DNA of 64,000 bases, taken from assembly GCA_050273025.1 (NCBI GenBank), contig CP158635.1, positions 29,574,001-29,638,000 of the forward strand, written 5' to 3'. Below the pieces are notes generated by a model, which worked only from the letters and a program-made list of their open reading frames with translations, did no database searches and was not told where the DNA came from. This document shows positions 50,337 to 63,304 of this stretch, piece by piece (within the stretch, counting starts at the first letter, position 1; every line of letters starts with the position of its first letter). This stretch comes from Cenococcum geophilum. Its lineage: Eukaryota. The position numbers were made by a program, and so were the translations under genes.

Positions 50337-52543
50337 ATGGCTCCAGTCGGTGGGACAGCCACAGAATTCGAAGCTGCGGCGCTGGCACGCCGTCAAGCTC
50401 TTTCGGGTGGTTCTGGTCCATTGGCCCTGCTCAGAAATTTACGCGTGTTTGGCATAGCCTGCTTTGCTTGTCTTGGAGGTTTGCTATATGGCTACAATCA
50501 GGGTGTTTTCAGCGGTGTCCTCACCATGACCGCTTTCAAGAAACGTTCGTCTTGATCCTTTTGATCACATATCACAACTAATTCATGCAGACATGGGCAG
50601 CTATATCGAGGATGAGGCAACTTTGACTTGGAATGATTCCAAGCAGGGATGGCTGGTATCCATCCTCGAATTGGGTGCGTGGTTTGGGACAATGTACTCC
50701 GGCTTTCTCGCTGAGATCCTGTCTCGAAAATACGCTATCTTGGTCAACGTCACTATCTTCGTCATTGGAGTCGTCGTTCAGACAACTGCAATCACCCCAT
50801 CCGGCCACAGCTCTATCCTGGGGGGTAGATTTATTACTGGTACATCAAATTCGCATCTTCAACACCGGAATCTACAGGCTTACCATGACCATAGGTATGG
50901 GTGTTGGCTCTTTGTCCATGATTGTACCAATGTATAATGCCGAGATTGCACCACCTGAAGTCCGCGGTGCTCTGGTTGGGTTACAGCAAATGTCCATCAC
51001 ACTAGGAATTATGATCAGTTTCTGGATCGACTATGGCACAGTGAGTTCAATCCCCAAACTATTTCTAAGAAACGACGATGCTGATAAGAGTAGAATTTTA
51101 TTGGAGGTACAGGCAAGGGACAGCACAATGGTGCATGGCTCCTACCTTTAAGCTTGCAGCTTGTACCTGCGGTTCTGCTTGGATTAGGAATGCTATTTAT
51201 GCCCTTCTCTCCTCGTTGGCTTGTTCATCATGGACGAGAAGCCGAGGCGCGCGGCGTGCTTGCTAGGCTTAGAGACCTACCTCAAGATCACGAATTGATA
51301 GAGCTCGAATTTATGGAGATCAAGGCCCAGTCCCTGTTTGAGAAACGGTCACTCCAAGAAAACTTCCCGCATTTGCAGGAACAGACGGCTTGGAATATTC
51401 TCAAACTGTAAGTATCAAGATTTTCAGAAACTTCAGGTTTAACGTGTAGAACAAAACTAATGGATTTGTTTAGCCAATTCGTTGCCATCGGTTCTCTCTT
51501 CAAGTCCATGCCAATGTTCCGACGCGTGATCGTAGCCACAGTAATCATGTTCTTCCAGCAATGGACTGGCATCAACGCTATCCTTTATTATGCCCCGAAG
51601 ATTTTTAATGGCTTGGGTCTTTCCTCCAATGCAGTTTCCCTCTTGGCTACTGGTGTGGTTGGAATTGCCATGTTCATTGTAAGGGCAGAACTCCAACCCC
51701 AGAAATGCTATGCTAATCTACGCCATAGGCTACGATACCGGCTATCATGTGGGTTGATAAATGGGGCCGTAAACCAGTCCTCATCTGGGGTGCTCTCGGC
51801 ATGGCCACATGTCACATAATCATTGTACGAAGCTCTATTTCTCATATCATCCTTGATTAATTTCCGTGGTCTTTGCGCTCACTGACTGGCATTTTCAAGG
51901 CCGCCATCACCGCCAAGAACCAATATCAATGGCCTACGCACCAATCTGCAGGTTGGGCCGCCGTCGCCATGGTCTGGCTTTTCGTCATCCACTTCGGATA
52001 TTCATGGGGACCTTGCGCTTGGATCGTCATCTCGGAAATCTGGCCCTTGTCAAATCGATCGTACGGCATCGCCCTTGGCGCATCGAGCAACTGGTACGTA
52101 GTAAACCTTCAAAATGAGCGCTCTTCTCAAAATTCTACAGTGCCGGACGAAGCTAATGTCTTACTTCCCCTCTTACTAGGATGAACAATTTCATCGTCGG
52201 CCAAGTGACTCCAGACATGCTCTCCGGAATGACGTATGGTACCTATATCTTCTTTGGCCTCCTTACCTTCGGCGGTGCACTATTCGTCTGGCTTTACGTC
52301 CCCGAAACTAAAGGGCTCTCGCTTGAGGAAATGGACGTCTTGTTCGGGAGCATTGGTATGGCGGAGAGGGAGCGTGAGAGATGGAGAGAGGTCAATCGGG
52401 AGGTGGGTTTGGAGCAGCTGGTTGACCTAGGAGGCATTGATGTTGGAAGTGAGAAAGGTATGAAGGAAGAGGTGAAAGAGATAGAGATCGGGAAGCCAGC
52501 GAGGACGAATGGCGAGACTCATTACGAGCCGGCGGCGGAGTAG
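50337..52543 (+). CDS. MFS sugar porter family transporter (multi-exon); possibly of the pentose-transporting XtrD/Str1/XAT-1 clade
   Basis: Motifs GGLLYGYNQG, GRFITG, PMYNAEIAPPEVRG, PFSPRWL, FQQWTGINAILYY, YSWGP, SEIWP and VPETKG lie across GT-AG exons. The clade assignment is from memory and unverified. Confidence 0.93.
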
Positions 52544-53696
52544 AGCGAGTAAGTCGTGGCATAAGACTGAGAAAAAGCAGCAATGCAGGAGGGAGTTATG
52601 GAATTTGGGCGGATCTGTGTGGGGTGGGGATAAAAGTTCTGTGAAATTCTCTCAGACTAGACTGCATGTCACAATACCGAAGATTTGATCAGTCATTCTC
52701 TCAATCCAACATATTTCTGAATAGTAATTGATGCCCTACAACTTCAGTTGACCGTTTATGTCTTCAATACCCAGCCACTCAGTCATCCCGCTTGTTCTCT
52801 CATCCTAATATGCTTTAATGCTAATATTAGTACTAAGTCAACTACTTCTTCCTACTACACTCACAAAAAAATAAGCTGGCGAGGAGGGAACAACATGCAG
52901 AAACTATAGTAGATGTTTCCTCAAGCTGCAGCCAAAAAGAGTACATTGGCGTTCGAGTGTTGTTATAAATCACTAAATCGCACCGAGTTTCTAGTTGAGT
53001 TAACGTTAAGTTTAAGTAATTGATATATTGATGGCCATTTCATATAATTAAGAAGCAGTCTGAGCTTTCAACGCCTTTTACAATGGGACAAAGATCAAAT
53101 GCAAAGCAATAAAAACCGGCGCAAGGGTGGTAGTTTCACACCTTCTGCTGACAATCTCAAAGAAATTGGGCTGCCCGATGGTAGGAATCACACCTACGTC
53201 TCGTGAACCAGCTGTCACGTATTATACCCACTAAACTACACCGAGGTTCAAGGAACTGGTATATTTAGAATCTTAATATACCTATGGCTTGCTTGAAATG
53301 TTGGAGCATGTCTGCCTAGTGGCTTGACTATCAAGACTAGATTTGAATTCTTCGTAGGCTTCAATCCTGTTGCCTACCTTGCTGCCTACCTACCCAGTGT
53401 ATATATAGAGGCCCTAGAGCCACCTTTAATCGACCGACTTCTCATTCTTAATCTTCCGTTTGACAAAATGTTGGTGAGAACGTCAGATATCGATGAAGCT
53501 GTCATGAACGGGACCGATATACAAGGCGGCAGAGTCAGTAGGGGAGGGGATCACGTTGATAATGGTACAGAGCCCTATGATGAATGGAAATGTATACCTA
53601 TCTGTCACCCTATCATTACCTGTTATTGAAGCCCATGAAAAACTCCCAATTGGCGCTCCTCAAAAGCCAAATCCGGATCTAGCTTGGACAGCTTTG

Positions 53697-55260
53697 TCAA
53701 GTGACAACAGCAACAATTTTGTGATGCATGGCGCACCTCCTCACCTCAAGCAAGTTCTTCATCAAACACCGCAGGCCTTCGGCACAAAGAGCGGGGCGAC
53801 CACCACCGTCTGCCCTAACCCATTCCCGTCCTTCCCCAGCGCAACCGCATACCCCTGCCCCACGAACCGGTTGATCAAGAACAGTCTCAAACCCCTTCTT
53901 CACCACCGTGCCCAGCATGCTATCTACTGCAGCCGTAGCCTCACGCTTCTCATTATTGGCCACCGAATGGATCTCCCAACTCTCAACCTCCGTAGCGCCA
54001 TTCCAACTGGTATAGAAAGCAGTCTTGCTAGCAACTTGGTCCCAATCCGTAAAGATAGCAGGACCATTATCAGGCACGCCAGTCCAGTTGCCGCGGTGGA
54101 CTGAATAGGAGCAGGTAGTTGTGTGGGCATCGTCAGTCACGGCGCCGAACTGCGCGTGCAGAACGCAGGTCCTATTGGGCATGAACTCGGAGAAGGCGAG
54201 GTCGCCCTAGCTAATGAACTGGTCCCTGCTCGAGAGCGTCTGCACGTCGCCTTGCGAGGGCGAGAGTAAGCGTTCCGGGGAGATGTATTCCCTGAGGAGC
54301 GTGGCTGTCTTTGTGGGTCGATCGAGATGAATTCACCGGATAACAGGCGGACGCGTTAGTGCTAGGAAGACCACCGGAGGCATTGTCCATGATTGAGATT
54401 GTGAGATTGTTGGCCGTTCAGGTGTGTAGGATGAGGTCATGCTGGCAGCTAAATGTTAAGTTTTGCAAGTCGAACGTAGAGTTTTTGCCATTTAGGCGCC
54501 AGAGAGCGCTGCCGTCATAAGCGGAGATGAGATATATAGTCGAGGGGTGCCGAGAGAACACGAGATAGTTACCAGGTGGGTCGTTTGCAGCTGAGTTTAG
54601 ATGACTGGAAGCGTGTCAGTTAATGTTTGAGACTATAGCTGAGAGTGCAGTTGAGAGACGGCGGGGTGGTGCGCAACGTACAAGTAATCATAGGCCGTAA
54701 TAAGTCTCTCGCCATCTCCTGTGAAAGGGTCTTGGTCAATCTTGGAGTTGGAATCCTCAAGACCAACATGATCCAAAGCACTCCATTCAAAGAGAACTCC
54801 AGCGAAGAAAGCGATATGAGGCTCGCCATTGTAGTCTTCGGCTTTGACGTTGAAGGCGTATGCGGTTCCTCCCCGTAATCCGACCAAACAAGATTGCCAT
54901 CGATGTCGTAGACCACCGGGGTGGGGGATGGCTTGGACGTCAGGCTGGTATTCGAGAGGGATTTTGGGTATAAGAGGAGAGAAATATGTAACCATCTTCT
55001 TGGCTGACTAGGCCTTTGTGATAGGTAATGAAGTCGATCGGCTGAGGATTCAGATCAGGGCGCTTGGGTTGGACGTCAGCTTTACTTGAAATTTTGAAAG
55101 GATGGAGGGGTAGGCCTTACGGATCTGAAAGGAAAAGCAGAGTTGTTCCAAGCAAAGTGGTTCAGCGGGGGAATGTTGGTCGGCAGGGGTTGAGGTTTTC
55201 AACGGGCGGAGGTACCGAACGGAAGGCGAGAAAAGAAGAGAAAATTTTGAGATTTTTAAA
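53697..55260 (-). pseudogene. Arylsulfotransferase (ASST-like) pseudogene
   Basis: Fragments RPDLNP...GYIF, VYDIDGNLVW, HLNS..DPPGNYLVFSRH, LWRLNGK, FSCQHD, SQGDVQTL and GNWTGVP fall in different frames. There is an in-frame TAG at a Trp position (FIS*G, ~54208). The start is uncertain. Confidence 0.75.
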
Positions 55261-56269
55261 TAGGGAGATAGCTGCGGTGATTCGAAAACGGAGCGTGAAA
55301 GTAGAATGTGAATGCGGCAAAGGCAGGGGTGTGAATTGGGGAGGTGCAATTCTTGCCACTAATCTCGACCATGTTTGTGGAAAAAGCGATGTCTGCTCAA
55401 GCATTTCAGAGACATTCGAACTAGTCTGTCAGCGAAAATTGTTTCATTTCAAAGACCATGTCTTCCGATCACGAAAAAAAAATCCCTTAGGGTAAAAAGG
55501 AATGGAACAGGGTTGACATGGGCTGCTCGGGCTGGGCCTTCATGCTACCTACCTACATCAGGGGCCGGTAATGATTTCCCGCCATCTGGTTGGCCGTTTG
55601 CGGTGTCTCCACACACCCTCGCCTCCAGCAGATCAAGGGCGCCGCACCAGACGTCGATTTAGCTTCCCGCCGTAGATGAAAAGTTTGATTGCAATCCACG
55701 TAATGCTTGTCTCCAATGAAAGATCTGACCAAATACTAATAAAATATAGACTAATGTAAGGCCTGGTTGAGAGAAATCAAAGCATTTCTGCCCATCATTA
55801 TTGCAAGATTTCGCAGATATTAAAGGAGCTCTTACCTTTTCTCATTAGCGACCAACGGAAATCAAACACCACAAATCGGTTGTCGCCCATGGGATTCTCA
55901 TCTCTGAGGCTGTGGCTTGCATTGACTTTATTATACTCTCTTTTGATCTCCATCGCCCAGTTTCACTGATCTGTCGGTATTGCTTACTCTTCAGCTGCGC
56001 AGTACACCCCCTCGCTCCCACCTAAGCACACAATCCCGCGTAGATATTTTCTCCCTGTGGAGAACGCTATCTCATTGCATATACATCAAGTAGATACTGT
56101 ACCGCTGAATCCCTACGATTGACCGTACGGCAGATTCGAGCCTCCTTTACAATTGTTCCAACGAATTCAGTAAATATTACAAAAGACGCGGCACGGAACG
56201 TTTGCACCATTCATGAAAGCCGAACTGTAGTAATACACTATTTATGCAAAGACGGGTGCATGTTTAGGG

Positions 56270-57215
56270 TTACGAGCTCTTACGAATTTCCTTCAGAACA
56301 TTCTCCCACACCCCCGGGGCTCGGCTCCTTCTCATACTTGCCACGTCATCCGTGACATAGAATTTGAACCTGGGTTCAGCTAAAAATCCTAAAGCCTTCT
56401 TCCAGGCCGATCGTTGTGCGAGCTCTTTCTGAAGGCGAGGAGTTCTTATGCGCTCCAAGTTAGCCAGTCGACCCCAGCGACTGGGCAAGGCTCGTATCTC
56501 TGACACCCTCACGCCGGTGGTTTTTGGAAGCCCAAACAATCGCGCAGTGACGAATTCTAGCTGCGCATCTTTGGGAAGATTTTGTGAATATCGGATCAGT
56601 ACATCACGAGATCTACGAGCGAACTCAGGAATGTAGAGATTGACTGAGTTGACGAAAGGCGCTGTAGCAAGGCCCACGACGATCATAGGAATCGCGCCCA
56701 TGCATATGACTGCAGGGGATGTCAGGTCGATACAAATGAAGGTGAGGAAAGGCGAAGGTAAGAATTGAGAATAAAGAATAACTGGAAAGGAGTATTTACC
56801 TCCAACAGTCTTTAGGACGGGCTGTGGCTCATTAGGGGCATAGTAAAACCGTGGGGCCATAAAGACGCATGAGATACCAAACAGGAAAATAGTTGTGACT
56901 TTCCAGAAGGAAATGAAAGTCGTCTTTCCGGTGCCGGCATTGTAAATGAGAAGTCGAGAAGGATATGCTGCGGAACGTCAACTTATTTTCAAGCGACAGA
57001 CCTGGAGTCAGCTGACCTGATTTGGATGGTGTATATTGTGTTCGAGACAACTGCTGTTGTCGTCGAATTGGGGTTTGTGCAAAGGTATGAAGTCTGGCTG
57101 TGCTCGGAATGGGTATACTCGAGCTATATAGTATGGTGCATGGCTGCACTGGGCTAGGACGTAGCTTAGAGCATGCCCTGTATATAGAAGAGACAGTTCT
57201 TGATCGAATTATCAT
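56270..57215 (-). CDS. Fungal protein with mitochondrial-presequence-like N-terminus and two hydrophobic segments (probably 2 introns)
   Basis: R/S-rich N-terminus without acidic residues (MIIRSRTVSSIYRACSKLR), then LLIYNAGTGKTTF and two TM-like segments. Putative intron donors lie near 57017 and 56799. Confidence 0.72.
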
Positions 57216-57522
57216 TTTATTGTGATGGATGAACTGGCATGTAGTGGAAAGAAGCAACCGCACCCATTGAGTTTTACGGATTGACAGACGCTAAATTCCA
57301 GCTAGGTACATAGACTCAGGGGGTTCCGCCGTTGCCAAGATGACCGCCCGGCGGACCGACCAACCATCGCATATTGCAACTTCTTTATTAGGCCTTGAGA
57401 CCGCATCGTCTTACTTGCTACTAACCTACCTGCGCGCTCTCCATTCGAGCACGTACGGCTTCTTATTCCACAAATATGACACAACTTCTTGTGCAATACT
57501 AACTATCATTGCTTACTGTACA

Positions 57523-58815
57523 ATGCCAACCTTCCAGTCTCTCCTTGGCCTCCTGGCCCTCCTCCTTTCCCTCGCATCGGCATATAGTACTCTCTCAGAC
57601 GACACCCTTAAAGGCTTACCCAGCCCCGGAGACGATTTTAATGTCCACCATGGCGCCCTATTATCGCCAATACTGCGCACACGGGTCTCAGGTACGCCTG
57701 GCTCGACCGCCGTGCTGAATCATTTCGTCGATTTTTTCCGCACCCATCTCCCAAAATGGACGTTGGAGTTTCAGAACTCATCCTCTACGACCCCTACAAG
57801 TAATGGCAAGGAAATCCCCTTTGTTAACCTAATTGCAACCCGCGACCCACCCGGAACCCAAGTTGGAGAAGTCGGGCGATTGGCGCTGGTTGCTCATTAT
57901 GACAGTAAAATCACCCCAGCGGGCTTCATTGGGGCGACGGATAGCGCGGCCCCGTGTGCGATGCTGATGCACACCGCGCGCAGCATTGATGAGGTGCTAA
58001 CGAAGAAATGGGAGGCCATGGCTGCGGACGGAACGGAAGAGCTCGAGGAGCAGAAAGGAGTCCAGATAATATTCCTTGATGGAGAGGAGGCATTTCTGAG
58101 CTGGACAGATACGGATAGTCTTTATGGAGCACGGTGAGTACTTGCAAGCTCCCTAAATGCTCTTGACTTCCAGCGCAGACGAAAACCTTGAGATTGGAGT
58201 TCGCTAATTTTCTTCAGCGCTCTCGCAGAGTCTTGGGAACACACCGTCCACCCCGCAATGTCGACCTACCGCACCCCTCTCGCATCCATCTCCCTCTTCC
58301 TACTCCTTGACCTCCTCGGTTCCGCCAACCCAACCGTTCCGTCATACTTTAAAACAACACATTGGGCCTACAAAAACATGGCTGCTCTAGAAACCCGCTT
58401 ACGCAATCTCGAACAGTTCAAATCGTCACCAAATCACCCTACCAAGCTGAAAGAACGCGAGAACGAGCTACGAAAAGAGCCCGTCTTCCTTGTGGAAGCG
58501 GACAAGTCAGACGATAGATTCCGAGGATGGATGGTGCAAGACGACCATATTCCATTCATGGCTAGGGGAGTTGAGGTCTTGCACATTATCCCGACTCCTT
58601 TTCCAAGGGTATGGCACGAGATGGATGACGATGGTGATCACTTGGATTTAGATACAGTGGAGGATTGGGCGAAGCTCGTTACAGCGTTTGCCGGAGAATG
58701 GATGGAGCTGGAGGGTTTTTTTGATGCAGCGAAAGTCATAGCAAGAGGAGAGTGGAATGAGAACGAGGCTAATGACAAGAAGAGGAGGAAACCCACCAGC
58801 AGGACTGAGTTGTGA
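57523..58815 (+). CDS. Glutaminyl-peptide cyclotransferase (peptidase M28 family), signal peptide, one intron
   Basis: Motifs AHYDSK, GATDSAAPCA, FLDGEEAF, DSLYGAR, LLDLLG, QDDHIPF and WHEMDD. Intron GTGAGT near 58134 to CAG at 58217. Confidence 0.95.
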
Positions 58816-59815
58816 GTGTCCTTTGATGCATGTGCCAGGTCGAACCTGGGTTGATTTTTGGCAGTGAAACACTCGAGGTTGAGATTTGAGCCACGATAAT
58901 CAAGTCTTTCAAAATTACTTCCGAGCCCGATGCTGCAAATATAGTGGATTGTGATGAAAGTTTTACGCCTCCTCGTTGCATCGGTGGCAGTTCCGGACTA
59001 GTTTTGTGGGCCAAGAATTGCATGCAATGCAGGACCAGGCAAGCAGCACGCATCTTAAGTGAGCGTCAGCCGCGAGTCTTCGCTTCACAGCTATGAAGCT
59101 TCTAGCAGGCCTAGAATTTCAAGCCAAGCATTTCCAACGGCTCTCCTGCTCTATCTGGAAACCATTTGGCTTCGTATGAACGCATTTTACTGGAGTGCTG
59201 CTCGGGTGACTACTATGAGTAGCGTTAGGCATATGTGTATCAGCTAATGGAGCGGGCCGCAACGGTAATATGGACTTTCAAATGAGGCTAGATGATACAT
59301 CGCGAGGAATGCAAAGATTATATGGGAAGCAATTGGCTATGGCGATTGGCTCGCCTTCAGGGAACTGCATTCCTCGCTTCTGAGGACAGAGCCCGCCTGG
59401 AGCTTGCCTTTCTCCTCCGAGTATCAACGAGTGGCACGACTACGGCTTGTAGGATTCCATCTCTCAAAGACATTTTAACCCTTCCCCTAACAAACTCTCA
59501 TGTGCTCGTCATGCGAACAAAGGATCATCGTACCCGTTATATCCGGTTGCGGTTTCGAAGCCGATCTCTATTTCATTGTCCGATTGTGCCCCTTATCTAG
59601 AAGCGGAAACTAAAAGCGGGATACGTCTAGTGGACAGCAGTCATGACAAGTACTATAAAATACAGAGACTTGCTTTTTACCTGTCTTCCTTGTTTCAGGG
59701 TTGTCCCATTCGTTTAAATCTCGAATTCTGAGAATTGCTGGAAATCGCTAATTTATGACATTTTTCGAGTCAAGTACAGCTTACTGCTGGTAAGATACAG
59801 TTGCTAAGACCCCAA

Positions 59816-62800
59816 ATGTCGCCAAAGACTCCCAAGGGTGCCTCTGGGAAAGGCAAGGCCAAGAGAGAGCGTGAAAAGTCTGCCAAAGAAGGCAACATAG
59901 CTTTATCTGCTGGTGCCGCAACCCCGAAACCAAAGAAACAACGTATTGGAACTACTCATCAAGTAAAAGGTGAAGACAGGACTGGCACAAAGTGGGATAA
60001 TGAAAACTATGAAACATTAAGAAGGGGGTGCAGAGAACGTGGACTTCTGCACAGGAACTTGAAGAAGGCACAGTTAGCTAAACAGTTAGCGGAAGATGAT
60101 GCCAGAAACGATGTTGCAGCAGTGGAGAAGAGGCGGCGGGAAACACAACAGAAGATTCAGGAGGAAGTCGAAAGGAAGAGGAAAGAAGTAGACAAGGCGG
60201 AGAGGATAGCTCAGCGGGAGCAGCAACGCAACGAAGGAGGGAACGAAACAGACGAAGGCTACCTCATTAACTTATATGACAGAGGGATAACAGGGGAGCT
60301 TATTACGCTTAGCGGCACAGCTACTACGACCGAGACGGCCACGCGTAGTAGCATGTCATCACCGTATCATCCCAACATCCCATATCAGACGCTCAGCGTC
60401 TTTGAGTGGCCCTATCCTGAGCTGCCATCTCCAAGCCCCCCGAAAACACCTACCACGCCGCACTATGACCTAGACTCACCCATGCATCTCATAGCGTCGA
60501 CTCCGCCGATCCAACCAGTAAGGATGAAATACAAATACATGTTTCTCCAAACGACCAAGTCAAACGAAGGGGTGGCTTTGCCCGGCAAGAAAACGCCGCC
60601 AAACTTGTCTCCAGATTTCGTGCCAAGGCCTTCCCCTGAGGCCGTGCAGGCGGCGCGCAACGGCGTCCGAATCAAGCAGCTTCGAAGAACTAAGATTGAA
60701 AGCGGGAAAGACTGGAACAAACGTACCCAGTTGCAATGGTGGAATGGCGGCATGTTTCTTGAAGATTTTCAGATCCCTAAAGAGTGGGATGCTGATCAGC
60801 CGTCTTTATCGGAAGCACCATCCCCCGGTGCGGCCGAGACGACGAGCCCTACATCGCGGTCTAAATCGGTGTCAAGATCCAAATCCAGATCCCGATCTAG
60901 ATCGAAAAAATTACAATCAAAAGCAAAATTACAGTTGAAATCAAAGCCTGCACGAGGCCAAAACACCTCAGAACGAAATAGAAAGCAGCTAGCTCTCGAG
61001 GCTGCTTCATCGACAATTAGAAGCAAGAACCCAGTTTTGTACTTACCAGCCTGCCTGGATATGGATAATGATGACGGATTCCCACACACCTTGGATAGGC
61101 TCTTTTATATAACCTATCTTGATCAAGAGATGCCTCACTTCTTCTTTTGGACGAGGCCCGGCGACTGGGAAGATCCGACGCAGGAGAACCCAGAATATAA
61201 TATTTGGAAGGCTCAAGATAGAGAGAATGCCAAGATAGAAGAAGACATTCTTGATTCACAGATAGTACAGCGAGAAACAGATGATGCATGGGGTCGAGCA
61301 GAAGACTTGGAATCTAACATGATGTGGTTCCAGCCGGTTCCGCTCTCCAGGACCAGAGTGCGTGTTAGGAAACCCAGAACAACTTTGGGTCCTATAAGTA
61401 CAGATCTCAAGTACTATTCTAAATTTAAGGATCCCAAACTCGAGCGAGCAATATGTGTGGCCGAGGAAATGCTAATAAGGAAGGGCCTGAGGTACACACT
61501 CGGTGCGTTGAGAAAACGTTATGAAGCGGATGCAGGAGACCATGAGCACTGGGACCAGCTTACAGAACGTCTACTAAGACTGTATCCAGCCGGTAAACTT
61601 CCGGAAGCCCCTCCTGTCCACGTGAAAGAGATGCGGGATGGATCTGTCGCCTTGAAGATTGCAGAACTCGAGAATGGACAACCTCCTTCACCACTGAGAG
61701 GTGACGAACCCTGGACAAGAAATGATGATAGGTATTGGGATATTGTCAGAAAACGCCCGATTCCAGACGAAAAATTAGGATTCTTGAATGATGTGGCCCG
61801 AAAACGCAAGCGTCGTACATCTTTGTGCAGCAGTGAGGACCTCCCATGCAAACGCCTAAGATTCCATCAAGATGCCTATGACAGCAAGTGCTATGATGGC
61901 GAACAGCCCCTGCAACGGCCCTTCGACGATCTCAACGGTCAAGCAACCAGTATTTCAACTCGCAAAACGACTCAGGGGAAGAAGGCAGCTGGGCTTGGGG
62001 TAAATGTGTCATTCGCTCTAAGTACCGTTGAGAAGAGGACTGCGTACAATGACAACGTCGGCGATGTCGATGATGTTGCTGCAGATGGAGATCTTGACAC
62101 ACCGATAGCGTCTACGAAGTCGAACACCAAAAGGACTACCTCAGCTGCCGCAAACCCTATAAAGTCCGTACTCTGTCGTCCCACTGTTGAAGTCATGGCT
62201 CCCCCAGCAATGAAAGCCAAAAAAACATCATCTTCGAAAGTCCACAGACTTAGTCCTACCACCACTACAGTCCGCTCAACCACAACTAGGACTGGTCACA
62301 GGAAGACTCAGCATATCGATCCAACCCACGAAGACTCACCTTCCCCTTCGCCAACCACGCCCTCACCAGTCCTACGTATTCCAAAACGTAAACCACATGA
62401 TCATCCCTTCAGAATCCGCAAGGTTAGTCTTGCAGAGACTAGCGATGGAGTTTCTCCATTGCATAAGCCAAAGAAGAAGATTGCCAAGACCAACGCCTCG
62501 AGTACAAAAGCGAAGCCAGTCCCAGTCTTCATATTGCCTAAGAAGAAGAAGCCGGATAATAAAGCTTTCGAGGCGGATATAATTAAACTTGATGCGTCTA
62601 ATATCGAGCTTATGCCACCCGTTAAGAAGACGCGCAAGATAGCCAAAACATCTACAAAGGTGAAGGGTAAATCATCGGAGAACGATACAATAACAGCGAT
62701 TTCTCGATCAACTGTCAAAGTGCCAGTCAAACCGAAAATAGTTGCGGCGGCAAAGAAGTTAGAGAAACCGACACTGCCTACATTGAAAGGAAAAATCCTT

Positions 62801-62851
62801 ACAAAAATCTGTAAGCCCAGATCTCAATCCTTTTCATCGAAACGAAGTTGA
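59816..62851 (+). CDS. Large basic hypothetical protein (~1,011 aa) with a SAP-like N-terminal motif, RS-rich tract and K/T/S/P-rich tail
   Basis: Single uninterrupted ORF with first ATG at 59816. YETLRRGCRERGL...KKAQLAKQL resembles a SAP/HeH motif. RKRKRR is NLS-like. Confidence 0.8.
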   Translation: MSPKTPKGASGKGKAKREREKSAKEGNIALSAGAATPKPKKQRIGTTHQVKGEDRTGTKWDNENYETLRRGCRERGLLHRNLKKAQLAKQLAEDDARNDVAAVEKRRRETQQKIQEEVERKRKEVDKAERIAQREQQRNEGGNETDEGYLINLYDRGITGELITLSGTATTTETATRSSMSSPYHPNIPYQTLSVFEWPYPELPSPSPPKTPTTPHYDLDSPMHLIASTPPIQPVRMKYKYMFLQTTKSNEGVALPGKKTPPNLSPDFVPRPSPEAVQAARNGVRIKQLRRTKIESGKDWNKRTQLQWWNGGMFLEDFQIPKEWDADQPSLSEAPSPGAAETTSPTSRSKSVSRSKSRSRSRSKKLQSKAKLQLKSKPARGQNTSERNRKQLALEAASSTIRSKNPVLYLPACLDMDNDDGFPHTLDRLFYITYLDQEMPHFFFWTRPGDWEDPTQENPEYNIWKAQDRENAKIEEDILDSQIVQRETDDAWGRAEDLESNMMWFQPVPLSRTRVRVRKPRTTLGPISTDLKYYSKFKDPKLERAICVAEEMLIRKGLRYTLGALRKRYEADAGDHEHWDQLTERLLRLYPAGKLPEAPPVHVKEMRDGSVALKIAELENGQPPSPLRGDEPWTRNDDRYWDIVRKRPIPDEKLGFLNDVARKRKRRTSLCSSEDLPCKRLRFHQDAYDSKCYDGEQPLQRPFDDLNGQATSISTRKTTQGKKAAGLGVNVSFALSTVEKRTAYNDNVGDVDDVAADGDLDTPIASTKSNTKRTTSAAANPIKSVLCRPTVEVMAPPAMKAKKTSSSKVHRLSPTTTTVRSTTTRTGHRKTQHIDPTHEDSPSPSPTTPSPVLRIPKRKPHDHPFRIRKVSLAETSDGVSPLHKPKKKIAKTNASSTKAKPVPVFILPKKKKPDNKAFEADIIKLDASNIELMPPVKKTRKIAKTSTKVKGKSSENDTITAISRSTVKVPVKPKIVAAAKKLEKPTLPTLKGKILTKICKPRSQSFSSKRS

Positions 62852-63304
62852 CTAGGACTAAGGAAAGTAAAGCCACATCCTCTACCACCGAATACACCAG
62901 CCATTTTGGGCTCAAAGCGTGCGTAACAAGCGGAATTGCAGAGAGGTTTAAATGCTGAGTTTTTGAAAGAGCGGATTGGAACCGCCAAGAGGGGCAGACG
63001 AAAAGAGCCAAGGAATAATTTCAGTAATTTTATAAAGAAGTTCGTAGATATAAAGTCTACTCAATTTTCTGTGTCTTAGCTCTTCAGATCTGAAATGTGA
63101 ATGGTAATGTCACAAGAGTGCTGACCTTCGGTAGGCGGAGATCAAGCTAGTGATTATGGTGGTTCTGGGAACTCTGACTCCTTCCATGTTTTTCAAGGCT
63201 GCAATATAAAATGGGGATTCAAGATCTTCAAAGGAATCTGTGTTCCTCGATTAATGTTTTCATAAGCATCTGAAATCTAGTTTACAAGTGCTCTGCCCCT
63301 TTCT

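Noticed and set aside
57340..57522. N-terminal extension of the glutaminyl cyclase ORF from ATG 57340
   Set aside because: The signal-peptide-like sequence starts at ATG 57523, and the upstream part looks like promoter or UTR.
60463..62730. Minus-strand ORFs inside the 1,011-aa gene
   Set aside because: They are antisense shadows with no motifs.
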